Shown here piece by piece: positions 19,287 through 29,124 of a stretch of DNA of 64,000 nucleotides. The notes under the pieces are model-generated. The model made no database searches and had not been told where the DNA came from. It saw only the letters and a program-made list of their open reading frames with translations. Origin of the DNA: Parcubacteria group bacterium Gr01-1014_8. Lineage in GTDB: Bacteria; Patescibacteriota; Minisyncoccia; Phycocordibacterales; UBA2100. The number at the start of each line of letters is the position of its first letter. Positions within the stretch are counted from its first letter, which is position 1. A program made the position numbers and the translations under genes. Where the stretch lies: the NCBI GenBank assembly GCA_007376385.1, contig VMGC01000003.1:69259-133258 (forward strand). The letters run 5' to 3'.

Positions 19287-20563
19287 CTTCCACAAAGTGC
19301 GAAACCTTGGCACGATACCGACATTTGACTGCTATACTTTTGACAATGTACAAGGCGTTCAGCCGTGTCCTTGGGATCTTGATCGTTGTCATTCTCACGT
19401 CGGGAACATGGGCGTTTGCCACTCTGCCAAAGACAGTGGAGTTCGGCGGAGTAAAAATAAGCGAGGATACTGCAAAACATTTGAAAGGGGGGTGCGAGTA
19501 CGACCCGTATGCAAAATTATATGAGCTGAAAGCCGTCTCGAGTGGGGCGAAAGTCACGCCCACGCTCATCGATGGAGCGTTGAAAGACGGCCTCGATCCA
19601 GCGCTCGTCTGCCGGCTCACAAAACTAATTGAATGGGCACAGGGTCGTGGCTGTGTCCCTATGATAATCTCCGGTTTTCGTACATACGCTCAACAGGCTT
19701 CGATAGTGGCAAGAGGCAGATCAAAGGCGGGGCCAGGAGGTTCCTGCCATAATTTCGGACTGGCAGTAGACATGTCGAACCGTTGCCAAGGGGCGATGCA
19801 GGAGGCGGCACCGCAATTTGGACTGAAAAGCGGATTCCCCGGATATCCAAATCCGATCCACTTTCAATGCATCGAGCACAGCGCAGGTGCCGGACGATCT
19901 TCAGGGTGCAGAGGGTCGTGCAACGGAGGTATGGAAATCGCGCCAGACCCTACGATACTTTCCAATATCCCAAATAGCTCAGCTCCATTGGGCCTCGGAG
20001 ATGCGTTTAGACAGAACACGGGATTGGGTCAGCAGGATCCGCCGTCACCTGCTATTCCCCCGCAGTATGCAACCGCACAACCTCAGCAATTTTTTCAGCC
20101 AACCCAGACGGGACAGCCCGGTCAGACCGGACAGCCGACGACCATAGGAACACCGACGGGAGGAAGTACTATACCGACCACTGGAGAGCCTCCGCCGTCA
20201 GTAGGAGATAAATTGTTGAATCTAGCCTACGGAACTTCAACGATAGGCGGCCCAGTCAACATTGCAACGACAGTTCCTATTATCGTTACAAGCAAAGATG
20301 CAACAGGTCTGCCCGCAAAATCCACGAGCACACGATCAAAAGGATTCTACGGCACAACAACATCGCCGCTACACTTTGAGGAGACGTTCGGGACGAGTGA
20401 ATATGAAGACAACGGAACGTCCTCCGAGGTCGCAAGCAGAAATTGGATGGTACGGATACTCGCAGAATTGCGGGCCACACTTCTTATGATACTTGAGATA
20501 CTCCGACCCTTTGGCATTCGTACGATCATTGACGCCGAGACATACGAGATCCACGATGAATGA
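19268..20563 (+). CDS. Membrane-anchored M15-family (VanY-like) D,D-carboxypeptidase with a Pro/Gln/Thr-rich low-complexity tail; likely start ATG 19346
   Basis: ISGFRTYAQQ...GGSCHNFGLAVDM zinc-peptidase M15B motifs; TM helix ILIVVILTSGTWAF. Confidence 0.65.
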   Translation: MREPSVTSTKCETLARYRHLTAILLTMYKAFSRVLGILIVVILTSGTWAFATLPKTVEFGGVKISEDTAKHLKGGCEYDPYAKLYELKAVSSGAKVTPTLIDGALKDGLDPALVCRLTKLIEWAQGRGCVPMIISGFRTYAQQASIVARGRSKAGPGGSCHNFGLAVDMSNRCQGAMQEAAPQFGLKSGFPGYPNPIHFQCIEHSAGAGRSSGCRGSCNGGMEIAPDPTILSNIPNSSAPLGLGDAFRQNTGLGQQDPPSPAIPPQYATAQPQQFFQPTQTGQPGQTGQPTTIGTPTGGSTIPTTGEPPPSVGDKLLNLAYGTSTIGGPVNIATTVPIIVTSKDATGLPAKSTSTRSKGFYGTTTSPLHFEETFGTSEYEDNGTSSEVASRNWMVRILAELRATLLMILEILRPFGIRTIIDAETYEIHDE

Positions 20564-20614
20564 TGATTAGCAGGCTGATTCAGCGCATGCTATACTCGCG
20601 AAACTAAATAGGAT

Positions 20615-21238
20615 TTGTCCAAAATGGGATTCACTAAATACACCTCTCAAAAGGAACAAGTGCGCGTGCGCATGAATGAAAGCATACGCGCGCCACAGGT
20701 ACGAACTCTTGGCCCAAATGGCGAAAACTATGGTGTTCTCTCTCTCAAGGAAGCGCTCGGTAAGGCACAGGAAGCGGGACTCGACCTTATAGAGATCTCT
20801 CCAAATGCGACCCCGCCCGTCGCTAAAATTACTGACTACGGGAAATTCAAGTACGAGCAGAAGAAGAAGGATAAAGAGGTAAAGTCCAAGGCTCGCGTCA
20901 CCGAAACCAAAGAAGCACAGGTAAAAATAGGCACTAGCTCGAATGATATGAACATCAAGGCCTCTAAGATAGCGGGGTGGCTCAAGGAGGGTCACCGGGT
21001 CAAAATAGACCTCTTTTTATGGGGTCGGTACAAGTATATGGAGTTCAACTTCCTTAAGGAGAGGCTTGAGCGTTTCCTTGCAATCATCCCAGAATCGTAT
21101 AAAATCGCCGACGAGATCAAGAAGAGCCCGAAAGGCCTCTCGGTCGCCATAGAGGGGACGACCTCGAAGAAGCCTGCATCCAAGCCAAAAATGGCCACTC
21201 CGGCTTCCGAATCTCAAACTCCCGAAGGATCCATATGA
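20615..21238 (+). CDS. infC: Translation initiation factor IF-3 (true start may be internal or non-AUG) with K-rich C-terminal tail
   Basis: INESIRAPQVRTLGPNGENYGVLSLKEAL...LIEISPNATPPVAKI. Confidence 0.9.
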   Translation: MSKMGFTKYTSQKEQVRVRMNESIRAPQVRTLGPNGENYGVLSLKEALGKAQEAGLDLIEISPNATPPVAKITDYGKFKYEQKKKDKEVKSKARVTETKEAQVKIGTSSNDMNIKASKIAGWLKEGHRVKIDLFLWGRYKYMEFNFLKERLERFLAIIPESYKIADEIKKSPKGLSVAIEGTTSKKPASKPKMATPASESQTPEGSI

Positions 21239-21414
21239 AATCAAACAAATCATATTCAAAGCGTCTTCGCGTCACGAAGAAGGGCAAGGTTGTCGCGCGT
21301 ACGCCAGGGCATAACCATTTCAATGCAAAAAGAAGCGGTGGCGAGAGACAGCGCCGCAAGCGTGCAGACTCTTTGAACATGACCTCGCAGGACAGAAGCC
21401 GCTTTCTAAATTAG
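21235..21414 (+). CDS. rpmI: 50S ribosomal protein L35 (59 aa; ATGA overlap with the infC stop; not in ORF track)
   Basis: MKSNKSYSKRLRVTKKGKVVARTPGHNHFNAKRSGGERQRRKR; canonical infC-rpmI-rplT order. Confidence 0.85.
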   Translation: MKSNKSYSKRLRVTKKGKVVARTPGHNHFNAKRSGGERQRRKRADSLNMTSQDRSRFLN

Positions 21415-21415
21415 T

Positions 21416-21763
21416 ATGGCAAGGGTAAAGAGAGGAACACTGAAAAATAAGCGACGCAAGAATATCCTTGCGCAGACCAAGGGCTACCGATTCGATCGTT
21501 CGTCAAAGGAACGCGTCGCAAAAGAAGCCATTCTTCATGCCGGCTCTCACGCATTCCGCCACCGTCGCACGAAAAAGCGTGAATTCAGACAACTGTGGAC
21601 CATTCGGCTGAACGCAGCTCTTCGACAGGGTGGGTTTGCTTCGTATAGCAAATTCATCGGCTCTCTAAAGAAAAAAAATATTTCGCTCGACCGCAAATCT
21701 CTCGCAACGCTCGCGAAAGATCATCCAGAAACATTCGCGCGACTCGCGAAACAGCTCGCTTAA
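21416..21763 (+). CDS. rplT: 50S ribosomal protein L20
   Basis: MARVKRGTLKNKRRKNILAQTKGY. Confidence 0.95.
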   Translation: MARVKRGTLKNKRRKNILAQTKGYRFDRSSKERVAKEAILHAGSHAFRHRRTKKREFRQLWTIRLNAALRQGGFASYSKFIGSLKKKNISLDRKSLATLAKDHPETFARLAKQLA

Positions 21764-21768
21764 GTTGC

Positions 21769-21799
21769 GAACCGCGATATATCGGCGGTTCTCCTTTTT
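21769..21799 (+). terminator. Rho-independent terminator after rplT
   Basis: gaaccgc-loop-gcggttc followed by tcctttttc. Confidence 0.5.
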
Positions 21800-21855
21800 C
21801 ACCTCCTCCTTTCAATATCCTGTTTCTAGATCTTGGGGGCGAGCATATACGTGCC

Positions 21856-22548
21856 TTACAAGATTATTTCCGCCTTCTTCCCTGTTGCGCTCCACCCATC
21901 ATGATTGTTGAAGACCGGGCTGTGTTCCGCTCTATCTTTCATAACGCGCTCTATCAATTTTTCGACAAGCGCTTTCGGATCAGAGTCAAAATAGATGGCA
22001 TCATTCGGCCTGTGGGCTAGATTGATGATGTAACGAAGCTCCTCATCGGTTTTCCACGTGCCTTCCAGAATGCCTATCGGACGTCTATCTTCAAACGAGA
22101 CGGCAAATTCATTGATGGTCCCGATGCGCCCGCAGCCTATGATCATCGCATCGCACGAGCGCACCAACAGAAGGTCTCGCCCTGCGTATCCAAATCCGGT
22201 ATACACAATGACGTCAAGATATTCGAGGGGAAGCTTATATACATCAACATGCTCTCGCTCTGTGGACGCTGGAGAAAAACCTATTGAAAAACCGCATTCA
22301 TCCTTCGCGCCCATCGCTGCATACATCGGAAAGCCTGTGGTCGCTCCGGTGACGATAATACCGCCTTGAACGGCGATCTCGCGGCCAACTTCTTTTGCTT
22401 TCTCGAACGCGTCCAGACCGCAGTGCCCAGTTTCCGCTGCACCCGACACGCCGATCTTTACGACACCGTATCCGCTCGGGAGACGACAGAAATTTTTCGG
22501 CACCGCTGTGTGGTTTGGATGTATCGTTCGCATCCTTTTATCGGTCAT
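21856..22548 (-). CDS. TIGR00725 / LOG-like (SLOG) Rossmann-fold nucleotide-binding protein
   Basis: IGVSGAAE...GGIIVTGATTG...PIGILEG pattern typical of the LOG/DprA-like superfamily. Confidence 0.55.
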   Translation of the reverse strand: MTDKRMRTIHPNHTAVPKNFCRLPSGYGVVKIGVSGAAETGHCGLDAFEKAKEVGREIAVQGGIIVTGATTGFPMYAAMGAKDECGFSIGFSPASTEREHVDVYKLPLEYLDVIVYTGFGYAGRDLLLVRSCDAMIIGCGRIGTINEFAVSFEDRRPIGILEGTWKTDEELRYIINLAHRPNDAIYFDSDPKALVEKLIERVMKDRAEHSPVFNNHDGWSATGKKAEIIL

Positions 22549-22568
22549 ACCTCGCTGATTTTACCATG

Positions 22569-22967
22569 CTATTCGTGTACATCCACATTGGCGGCTGAAA
22601 ACAGAGCAGTTTTTCGACGTACAAAATACATCGCAGCGAAACTGCCCGCAACATCCATCAACAGATCAAGCGATGTATCAGGCCGATAATTTGATTCACG
22701 GGGCGCGCCAATAACAAATTCAAATATCTCCCACAAAACGCCGATAATGATCACCAAAGAGATCACGTGAGCCCATCGCGGCGGTATTTTGTACATCGCA
22801 AAAGACCACATCACCGCGAGCGCTGCCCATGCACCTCCTAAAAAATGCAGCACGATGTCATACCACCAGAACACCCAGTGAAGATAGAGAAAGAAACCGA
22901 GAAAATAAAGAAAGGCTGTTATGAGAAGAATGATGCTTTGGGCAAACAATAACTGCCGAACACTCAT
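22569..22967 (-). CDS. Small polytopic membrane protein (about 4 TM), family unassigned (VanZ-like is a guess)
   Basis: Four hydrophobic segments; no catalytic motif. Confidence 0.4.
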   Translation of the reverse strand: MSVRQLLFAQSIILLITAFLYFLGFFLYLHWVFWWYDIVLHFLGGAWAALAVMWSFAMYKIPPRWAHVISLVIIIGVLWEIFEFVIGAPRESNYRPDTSLDLLMDVAGSFAAMYFVRRKTALFSAANVDVHE

Positions 22968-23214
22968 ATGAAAATTTTAACATCGCCAGCAGCTCCAACG
23001 CTGGCGCGAAACAGCCCCGTCAGAGAGCGCATTGGCGCAATCTCGCGGGGCAACTTCGGCGCGGCAAGTACGGCAAGCCTGGGGTTGATGCCAGGTGGGT
23101 CTCCGCATCGTCGCGCCAAGGCGCGAAGAAATGTAGGAATCCCTTTCTTGTACCAAGCAGGTTTAAGTACCAGCCGCTGCCCGCAAGTATAGCACTACAG
23201 TCTTTGGCACACTA

Positions 23215-23826
23215 CTATTCAAGAATCCCGTCCAGGTTCACATCGTACAAAATTTCTTCATGAATGATGCGATAGTTCGTCAATTCCTCCGGTTTGAACC
23301 AATGAGCTATCTCCACGTTCGCCTCCTCAACCGAGCCAGAAGCGTGGGCAAGGTTTCGGACGGCACGCCCGTCTTCATCCGCCATCTGGTATGAATCCAG
23401 GACGAAATCGCCTCGAATCGAGCCAACGTCTGATGTCAGCGGCTCTGTGCCTCCCGTCAGCTTCCGTACTATCTTAACGGCGTGAGCTCCTTGCAAGACC
23501 ATCGCAACAACAGGTCCCGAGGAAAGATACTTCTTTAAGTTTGTAAGAATTTTCGCGGTAATTTCAAGTGGGTCCTGTGAAGGAGGTGTCATCCCCTTGT
23601 CCAAATACCCCTTGATGGTCTTTTCTCCCGTGACCTTTCTCCAGTTTGGATCGAGCGTGTAGTGCGTTTCGACATGCTCTGGTGTTGGCACCATCATTTT
23701 CATGCCGACGAGCTTTAAGCCCGAAGACTCGTAGCGATTGATTATCTCTCCTATCAAAGAGCGTTGAACCGCATCTGGCTTAATAACAACGAGCGTGCGT
23801 TCTTTGCTGTGATGGTCTTGCGGCAT
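23215..23826 (-). CDS. ndk: Nucleoside diphosphate kinase (long form with ~50-aa insertion)
   Basis: ERTLVVIKPDAVQR...NLAHASGSVEEANVEIAHWF (active-site His region). Confidence 0.85.
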   Translation of the reverse strand: MPQDHHSKERTLVVIKPDAVQRSLIGEIINRYESSGLKLVGMKMMVPTPEHVETHYTLDPNWRKVTGEKTIKGYLDKGMTPPSQDPLEITAKILTNLKKYLSSGPVVAMVLQGAHAVKIVRKLTGGTEPLTSDVGSIRGDFVLDSYQMADEDGRAVRNLAHASGSVEEANVEIAHWFKPEELTNYRIIHEEILYDVNLDGILE

Positions 23827-23845
23827 GTATGTACGAAATTAATTA

Positions 23846-26671
23846 TTAGTAGGACGGCATCAAAGGATCTGCATACGGACTGCTCTGCGCTGCTTGATCA
23901 CCTGCATATTTCTTTTTTATCTCGTCTTCAACTTCCTTGCGATCCCTGCCGTACGTACGATACGAAAGTTCTTTCAGCGCGTCAACTGGAGTGTAATCTA
24001 AAGATGGCATCTTCACTGTCTTGATAGTAAATGGTCTCGCGGGCACCCCGTTCACAAGAAGTGCGACGCTTGCGTGGTAGTTCTGTTGATTCTCGAGGTC
24101 ATGCCGCGTAAACACAGGATGGAATTGTTTTTCAAGGAATTCCGCGTCGGTCGTACCGATGCGAAAGACCATTTTTGTACCGACGTTACCGATAACAGCA
24201 TCTCGTATTTTCTCTTCGAGCTGTGCAATGAATTGGTGCGCAATTGTCAGCGAGAGTTTGTATTTACGAGCTTCGGAAAGGATGGTCCCTATGGACGGCG
24301 TCGCGAAGTTTTGGAATTCGTCGATATAAAGATAGAAAACCGGAAGGTCTGCAGATTTCGCATCAACGCGTGAAAATGCCGCTTGCAGGAACTTTGATAC
24401 GAGAACAAGACCAAGAAGCGACGTATTCCTATCGCCAAGCCTGCCTTTCGAGAGGTTCGCGAGAAATATTTTCTTTCCATCAAGGATCTCCCGGAAATCG
24501 AACGCAGATTTTTCTTGCGCTACGATCGGACGCATGATGTCGTTGGCGAGGAAAACGTCGAATTTGCTGGTAATGTACGGTGCGACGTTCTCAAGCGATG
24601 GATCTCCTCCCGCTTTTTCCGCGATGCCTCTCCAGAATTGGACGATAACGGGGTTGGGACACCGTGAAAGTTTCAAATTCCGGAATCCTGGATCTGCAAA
24701 GATGCGTGGGATCTCGAGGAATGTTGAGCCGGAATCCGGGTCTTCGACAACGAGCTGCACCGCATTTCGGTAGTACTGCTCGAACATTGGACCGAATGCT
24801 TCAGGCACATCGGCGTACAGCTTTCGGAAGATTCCGTACACCTCGTCCACGACAAATGTTTTCATTTCCGGCTTGTTGCGGTCATATTCAAGCATATTTA
24901 GTCCCATCGGCCGTGCCGTATGCGCAGGATCGAAATAGATGACATCTTTCGCCCGCTCTGGCGGAACCGATGCAAGAATATCCTCAATATCGGTGCCATG
25001 CGGGTCTATGTAGGCAACGCCGTCGCCATTTTTCATGTCCTGCATGATCATATTCTTCAGAAGCGACGTTTTGCCCGTACCTGTTTGCCCTATGACGTAA
25101 CAATGACGCAGCCGATCCGCAGTGCCGTATTTCACCTCCCTCTCTTCTGCGCCGTAATGGTTGATACCAACGACTATGCCATCTTCCGGCATCTCAACAG
25201 GGGAAGGCGCTTGTTTTGCGTATGATTTCTTCAACTCGCGCGACGTCGTGACACGTTGTGCTGTGAAGTGGAACATTGATGTAATTTCCGATAACGAGAG
25301 AGGTATCGCGTACGAATCGTTATGAACACGATATGTAAAATCGCGCAGGAACCCGGACAAGTTCCAGCGCGATATGCGATTGAATATCAAGTGATTGCCC
25401 CGCGGGTCATCAAGTTGATTGAAAGGCGCTTCGAGATTCTTGAGAAGATCCGTCGCTCTCTCTTCCGTAGGGGCAGACGCAACAATACGAACGACTGTAG
25501 GAGCGATGCGGCTTTTTATCTTGCGCCCGAATTCTTCATTCGCAACTTGGTCTGGATTTCGTCTGAATGTGCGGTCTTTTTCTTCTTTTATGTAGTTCTC
25601 CGATTTAAAAGAAACCTCTGCTATTTCTTTAATGGTATCTAGAAAGTAACTCTCCGGGGTCTTCAGAGCTTTGTGCAAGATCTTCCCTCTCTCCAGCTTC
25701 CGGATTATCCGCTTATAGTGCTCGTTGTAGCGGTCGCCGTCATTTCCAACGACTATTTGAACCGCAGCACCTTCACCGTGCTTCGCAATCTTCGCGAATG
25801 CCGCAAGCATGACGTTCATTGGGTCATGTTCGAACATTTCGGGCGTTTTAAGCGGATACGCCGGGTGCTGCATCTGCGTGGCATATGCCGCAGCATGATA
25901 GCCTTCATAATTAAAAATGTTGTAATCTCCGCGGCATTCGCTGATGAGCGCATTGGGAAAGACAGAAGAAAGAAGACGCTCGGCAAGGGCCTGCCGCGCA
26001 CGCGGTACGGCAAGGTAGAGTGTCGCTTCTTCCGTACCCTCACCGACGGCTATCTCAAGAGAAAATCCTTCATTTTTGCCAAGCAAGGGAAGAAGCCCCG
26101 CATACAACTGTTCCGACGATGAAAGCACTTGTTCCAATTTTTGCTGCTGCTCACTTTCCTTCGTGCCCTCGCTATGCGCCTGAGGATGTATCTCAAAGAG
26201 TACGAGGTGCAACGCTTTGATTATCTTCTCTGGCGGTTTTGCGCCCTTTTGCGGAAGTCCCTGCGCAATGTACCGTATCAGTGCGCGATGAAGGTCATCC
26301 TCCAGATGCACATTTTTCATTTTAGCGACGATGGTGAGTGCATTTCTGACGCCGTGCTGCTCAACTATCTTCAGGAGTTCATCTATCTGGGTGTCGTGGG
26401 TTTCCGGTTCGAGTTGGAGTGCCTTTCGCATTGCTTCGTACTCGGGCATGACAACTGCCTCGTGTAGCACTGATGCGGCGGGAGTTGCCGCATACTCCGC
26501 GACTTCACGTTTTGCGATGCGTTCTTGTTCTGCAATGTTACCGGCTGTTTCGAGTTCTTGCTCTTTTTCTTTCACTTTACCCCGCAAATAAGCAAGCTCC
26601 TCTTCTGGAGTATGGAATTTTTTTGGAGCGGCCACACGCAACCGCTCTCCTACCGCAGAGTGAGGAGACAT
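23846..26671 (-). CDS. Large P-loop NTPase of the TraD/VirD4/TrwB (T4SS coupling-protein-like; FtsK-HerA superfamily) type with a ~480-aa unknown N-terminal region
   Basis: Walker A VIGQTGTGKTS, then YIDPHGTDIED...YFDPAHTARPMGLNML (TraD/VirD4-like), Walker B hhhhDE (FYLYIDEFQNF). Confidence 0.5.
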   Translation of the reverse strand: MSPHSAVGERLRVAAPKKFHTPEEELAYLRGKVKEKEQELETAGNIAEQERIAKREVAEYAATPAASVLHEAVVMPEYEAMRKALQLEPETHDTQIDELLKIVEQHGVRNALTIVAKMKNVHLEDDLHRALIRYIAQGLPQKGAKPPEKIIKALHLVLFEIHPQAHSEGTKESEQQQKLEQVLSSSEQLYAGLLPLLGKNEGFSLEIAVGEGTEEATLYLAVPRARQALAERLLSSVFPNALISECRGDYNIFNYEGYHAAAYATQMQHPAYPLKTPEMFEHDPMNVMLAAFAKIAKHGEGAAVQIVVGNDGDRYNEHYKRIIRKLERGKILHKALKTPESYFLDTIKEIAEVSFKSENYIKEEKDRTFRRNPDQVANEEFGRKIKSRIAPTVVRIVASAPTEERATDLLKNLEAPFNQLDDPRGNHLIFNRISRWNLSGFLRDFTYRVHNDSYAIPLSLSEITSMFHFTAQRVTTSRELKKSYAKQAPSPVEMPEDGIVVGINHYGAEEREVKYGTADRLRHCYVIGQTGTGKTSLLKNMIMQDMKNGDGVAYIDPHGTDIEDILASVPPERAKDVIYFDPAHTARPMGLNMLEYDRNKPEMKTFVVDEVYGIFRKLYADVPEAFGPMFEQYYRNAVQLVVEDPDSGSTFLEIPRIFADPGFRNLKLSRCPNPVIVQFWRGIAEKAGGDPSLENVAPYITSKFDVFLANDIMRPIVAQEKSAFDFREILDGKKIFLANLSKGRLGDRNTSLLGLVLVSKFLQAAFSRVDAKSADLPVFYLYIDEFQNFATPSIGTILSEARKYKLSLTIAHQFIAQLEEKIRDAVIGNVGTKMVFRIGTTDAEFLEKQFHPVFTRHDLENQQNYHASVALLVNGVPARPFTIKTVKMPSLDYTPVDALKELSYRTYGRDRKEVEDEIKKKYAGDQAAQSSPYADPLMPSY

Positions 26672-26759
26672 AGGCTAATTATAGCCTAACGAAGCGAGTG
26701 AAGTGGGAACCTGTTCACACTTCCGAGCGAGTGACGGCTAGACGAGCGAAGTGAGTATA

Positions 26760-28043
26760 TCATCCAGTTCTTAGTGCTTTCGCCCCTATGTCGCGCCGGA
26801 AATATTTCCCTTCGAATTGAATACGCTCGCACGCTTGATACGCCGCATTAAGTGCTTCCTTCAGAGTTCCGCCCACTGCCGAAACGCTTAAGACACGTCC
26901 TCCACTTGTGAGAGTCTGTCCATTCTCGTACCTGGTCCCCGCGTGAAATACGACCACTCCCTCAATTTTTTCTGCTTCTTCTATGCCGGCGATGGGAAGA
27001 TCTCTCTTATACGCGTCCGGATACCCGCCCGAAGCCATGATGACCGTAACGGCAAATCCAGGTTGCCACTCGATATTCTTTTTTGAAATTGTTCCGTCAA
27101 CACTCGCTTCAAGCAGGTCTAGAAGATCCGTTTTGAGAAGACGCATATACACTTCTGCTTCGGGACATCCGAACCTTGAATTGAATTCAATGACTTTCGG
27201 CCCCTGTTTCGTCATCATCAAGCCCGGATAGAGGAGCCCCTGGAACGGCGTGTCCCGTTTTGCCATGGTTGCAATGGCTGGAGCAACTATATGTTTCCTG
27301 ATATCCAATAACTGTTCATCGGTAACCCACGGCACGGGTGCGATGGCGCCCATTCCTCCAGTATTCTTGCCCGTATCGTTTTCTCCGATAGTTTTGTGGT
27401 CTTGCGACGTAGGAAACATAATAAAATCTTTTCCATCAGAAAGTGCGTGAATTGAAATTTCTGGTCCCTCAAGAAATTCTTCGATAACAACCTCGTTTCC
27501 GGAATCTTTGAAGATCTTTTTAACCATGACTTCGTTCAAGAAATTCTCCGCTTCCGCAACCGTCCTGCACACCATAACTCCTTTTCCGAGTGCAAGACCG
27601 CTTGCTTTTACAACGATTGGCGCACCTTTTTCGTGCACGTATCGGAGGGCGTCAACATGAGCCGTGAATACTCTGAATTCTGCTGTTGGAATATTCGCTT
27701 GACGCATTAATTCCTTCGCGAACGCTTTCGAACCTTCGAGCTTTGCAGCAACTTTTGAGGGACTCCAAATTCTAAGTCCGTGAGCCCTAAAAGCATCACC
27801 AATGCCCCCCACGATCGGGTCATCTGAGCCAGCAACGGTTAAGCCCACCTTCTTTTCTTCCGCAAACGCAACGAGTTTATCGAATTCCATCACGCCGATA
27901 GAAATCGGCTCGCCAACTGCATGTGTTCCTCCGTTTCCTGGTGCAATGTAAATCTTCCCAACGCGAGATAATTGTTTCAACTTCCATGCGATAGCGTGTT
28001 CCCTCGAATATGCCCCGACGACGAGAATATCGATGCTCATCAA
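26760..28043 (-). CDS. purD: Phosphoribosylamine-glycine ligase
   Basis: MSIDILVVGAYSREHAIAWKL N-terminus, ATP-grasp fold length and motifs. Confidence 0.9.
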   Translation of the reverse strand: MMSIDILVVGAYSREHAIAWKLKQLSRVGKIYIAPGNGGTHAVGEPISIGVMEFDKLVAFAEEKKVGLTVAGSDDPIVGGIGDAFRAHGLRIWSPSKVAAKLEGSKAFAKELMRQANIPTAEFRVFTAHVDALRYVHEKGAPIVVKASGLALGKGVMVCRTVAEAENFLNEVMVKKIFKDSGNEVVIEEFLEGPEISIHALSDGKDFIMFPTSQDHKTIGENDTGKNTGGMGAIAPVPWVTDEQLLDIRKHIVAPAIATMAKRDTPFQGLLYPGLMMTKQGPKVIEFNSRFGCPEAEVYMRLLKTDLLDLLEASVDGTISKKNIEWQPGFAVTVIMASGGYPDAYKRDLPIAGIEEAEKIEGVVVFHAGTRYENGQTLTSGGRVLSVSAVGGTLKEALNAAYQACERIQFEGKYFRRDIGAKALRTG

Positions 28044-28074
28044 TCCAGTGTATTACACTTTCGTTTACCGAGCA

Positions 28075-28332
28075 CTAAGTTTGGTCTTGGCGACTTTCGG
28101 AAAGACGTTGCCTAAGCTTCGATTTAGCATATCCGCGATATTTTAACTGATGTTCGCGCCGACGTGCATCACCTTCAGCACGATAGGCTTCGTAATATAT
28201 CAAGGTCCACTTATGTTTTCGCGTAAATTTTGACTTTCCCTTAATATGCTCAGAAAGTCGCCGCCTCAGATCGTTTGTCGAACCTACGTACAGCAAACCG
28301 TCCTGATTTTCCAGAACATATACGTAATGCAT
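28075..28332 (-). CDS. Standalone GIY-YIG nuclease-domain protein (UPF0213/YhbQ-like)
   Basis: HYVYVLENQDGLLYVGSTNDLRRRLSEH. Confidence 0.8.
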   Translation of the reverse strand: MHYVYVLENQDGLLYVGSTNDLRRRLSEHIKGKSKFTRKHKWTLIYYEAYRAEGDARRREHQLKYRGYAKSKLRQRLSESRQDQT

Positions 28333-28347
28333 AAGAACAGACCAAAC

Positions 28348-29124
28348 TTATAGCTCGGTTAAAATTTCTGCTCCGCTTTTTGTGACAAGCACTGTGTGTT
28401 CGGCATGCACTGTCCGGGAACCGTCTTTCGTGCGATAGGCGTGGCCGTCTTTGCCCGAATCGACACGCAAATCGCCAGAACCTCTTGCGAACATCGGCTC
28501 AATTGCGATGACATGACCCTCAACAAGTTTGTCTCCTTCCCCGGGAATTCCGTAGTTCGGCACATGCGGCTCTTCATGCACCGTCCGTCCTACTCCGTGC
28601 CCGCTTAGATTGCGCGGAAACCCAAGGTTGTATTTTTTCGCTATGCGCTCCACAGCATGTCCGATGTCGCCGGTCGTGTTCCCCACTTTCGCTTGTGCTA
28701 TTCCTGCGTCGAGCGCCTCATAGGCGGCATGAACTAATTTTTCATCCTCCGGGTCTCGCGCCTCTCCTGCAATACGTGTGATGGCATGGTCGGTAAAGAA
28801 TCCTCCGTGGATGATGCCAAAATCCAACGACACAATGTCGCCATCGTGAATGACATCATCGCTCTGTCCGGCTGGATTATGAACGATGGCACTGTTTATG
28901 GAAACACTGAGAGCTGACGGCATCGGATTTTTATCGCTCGCGTACTTATAGTTAAGGAACGCAGGCTCGTCGCCATCCTCTTCAACCATTCTGCGGGCCT
29001 CCATTTCGAGCTGCCGCGCTGTAATTCCTGGTCGTATCATGCCTGCAAGCGCTTGCAGATGGCGCGCAAGACGCCTGCCGCCCTCTCTCAGGACGGCAAT
29101 TTCTTCAGGGGTTCTTGCTATCAT
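28348..29124 (-). CDS. map: Methionine aminopeptidase type I
   Basis: Pita-bread fold metal ligands (D..D..H..E..E), HGVGRTVHEEPHVPNYG. Confidence 0.9.
   Translation of the reverse strand: MIARTPEEIAVLREGGRRLARHLQALAGMIRPGITARQLEMEARRMVEEDGDEPAFLNYKYASDKNPMPSALSVSINSAIVHNPAGQSDDVIHDGDIVSLDFGIIHGGFFTDHAITRIAGEARDPEDEKLVHAAYEALDAGIAQAKVGNTTGDIGHAVERIAKKYNLGFPRNLSGHGVGRTVHEEPHVPNYGIPGEGDKLVEGHVIAIEPMFARGSGDLRVDSGKDGHAYRTKDGSRTVHAEHTVLVTKSGAEILTEL

Noticed and set aside
22968-23214. SRP (4.5S) RNA or RNase P RNA in the GC-rich spacer
   Set aside because: The diagnostic GGAAGGAAGCAGC (SRP domain IV) or AGGAAAGUCCGGGCUC (RNase P P4) motifs are absent. It is kept only as an unassigned possible ncRNA.
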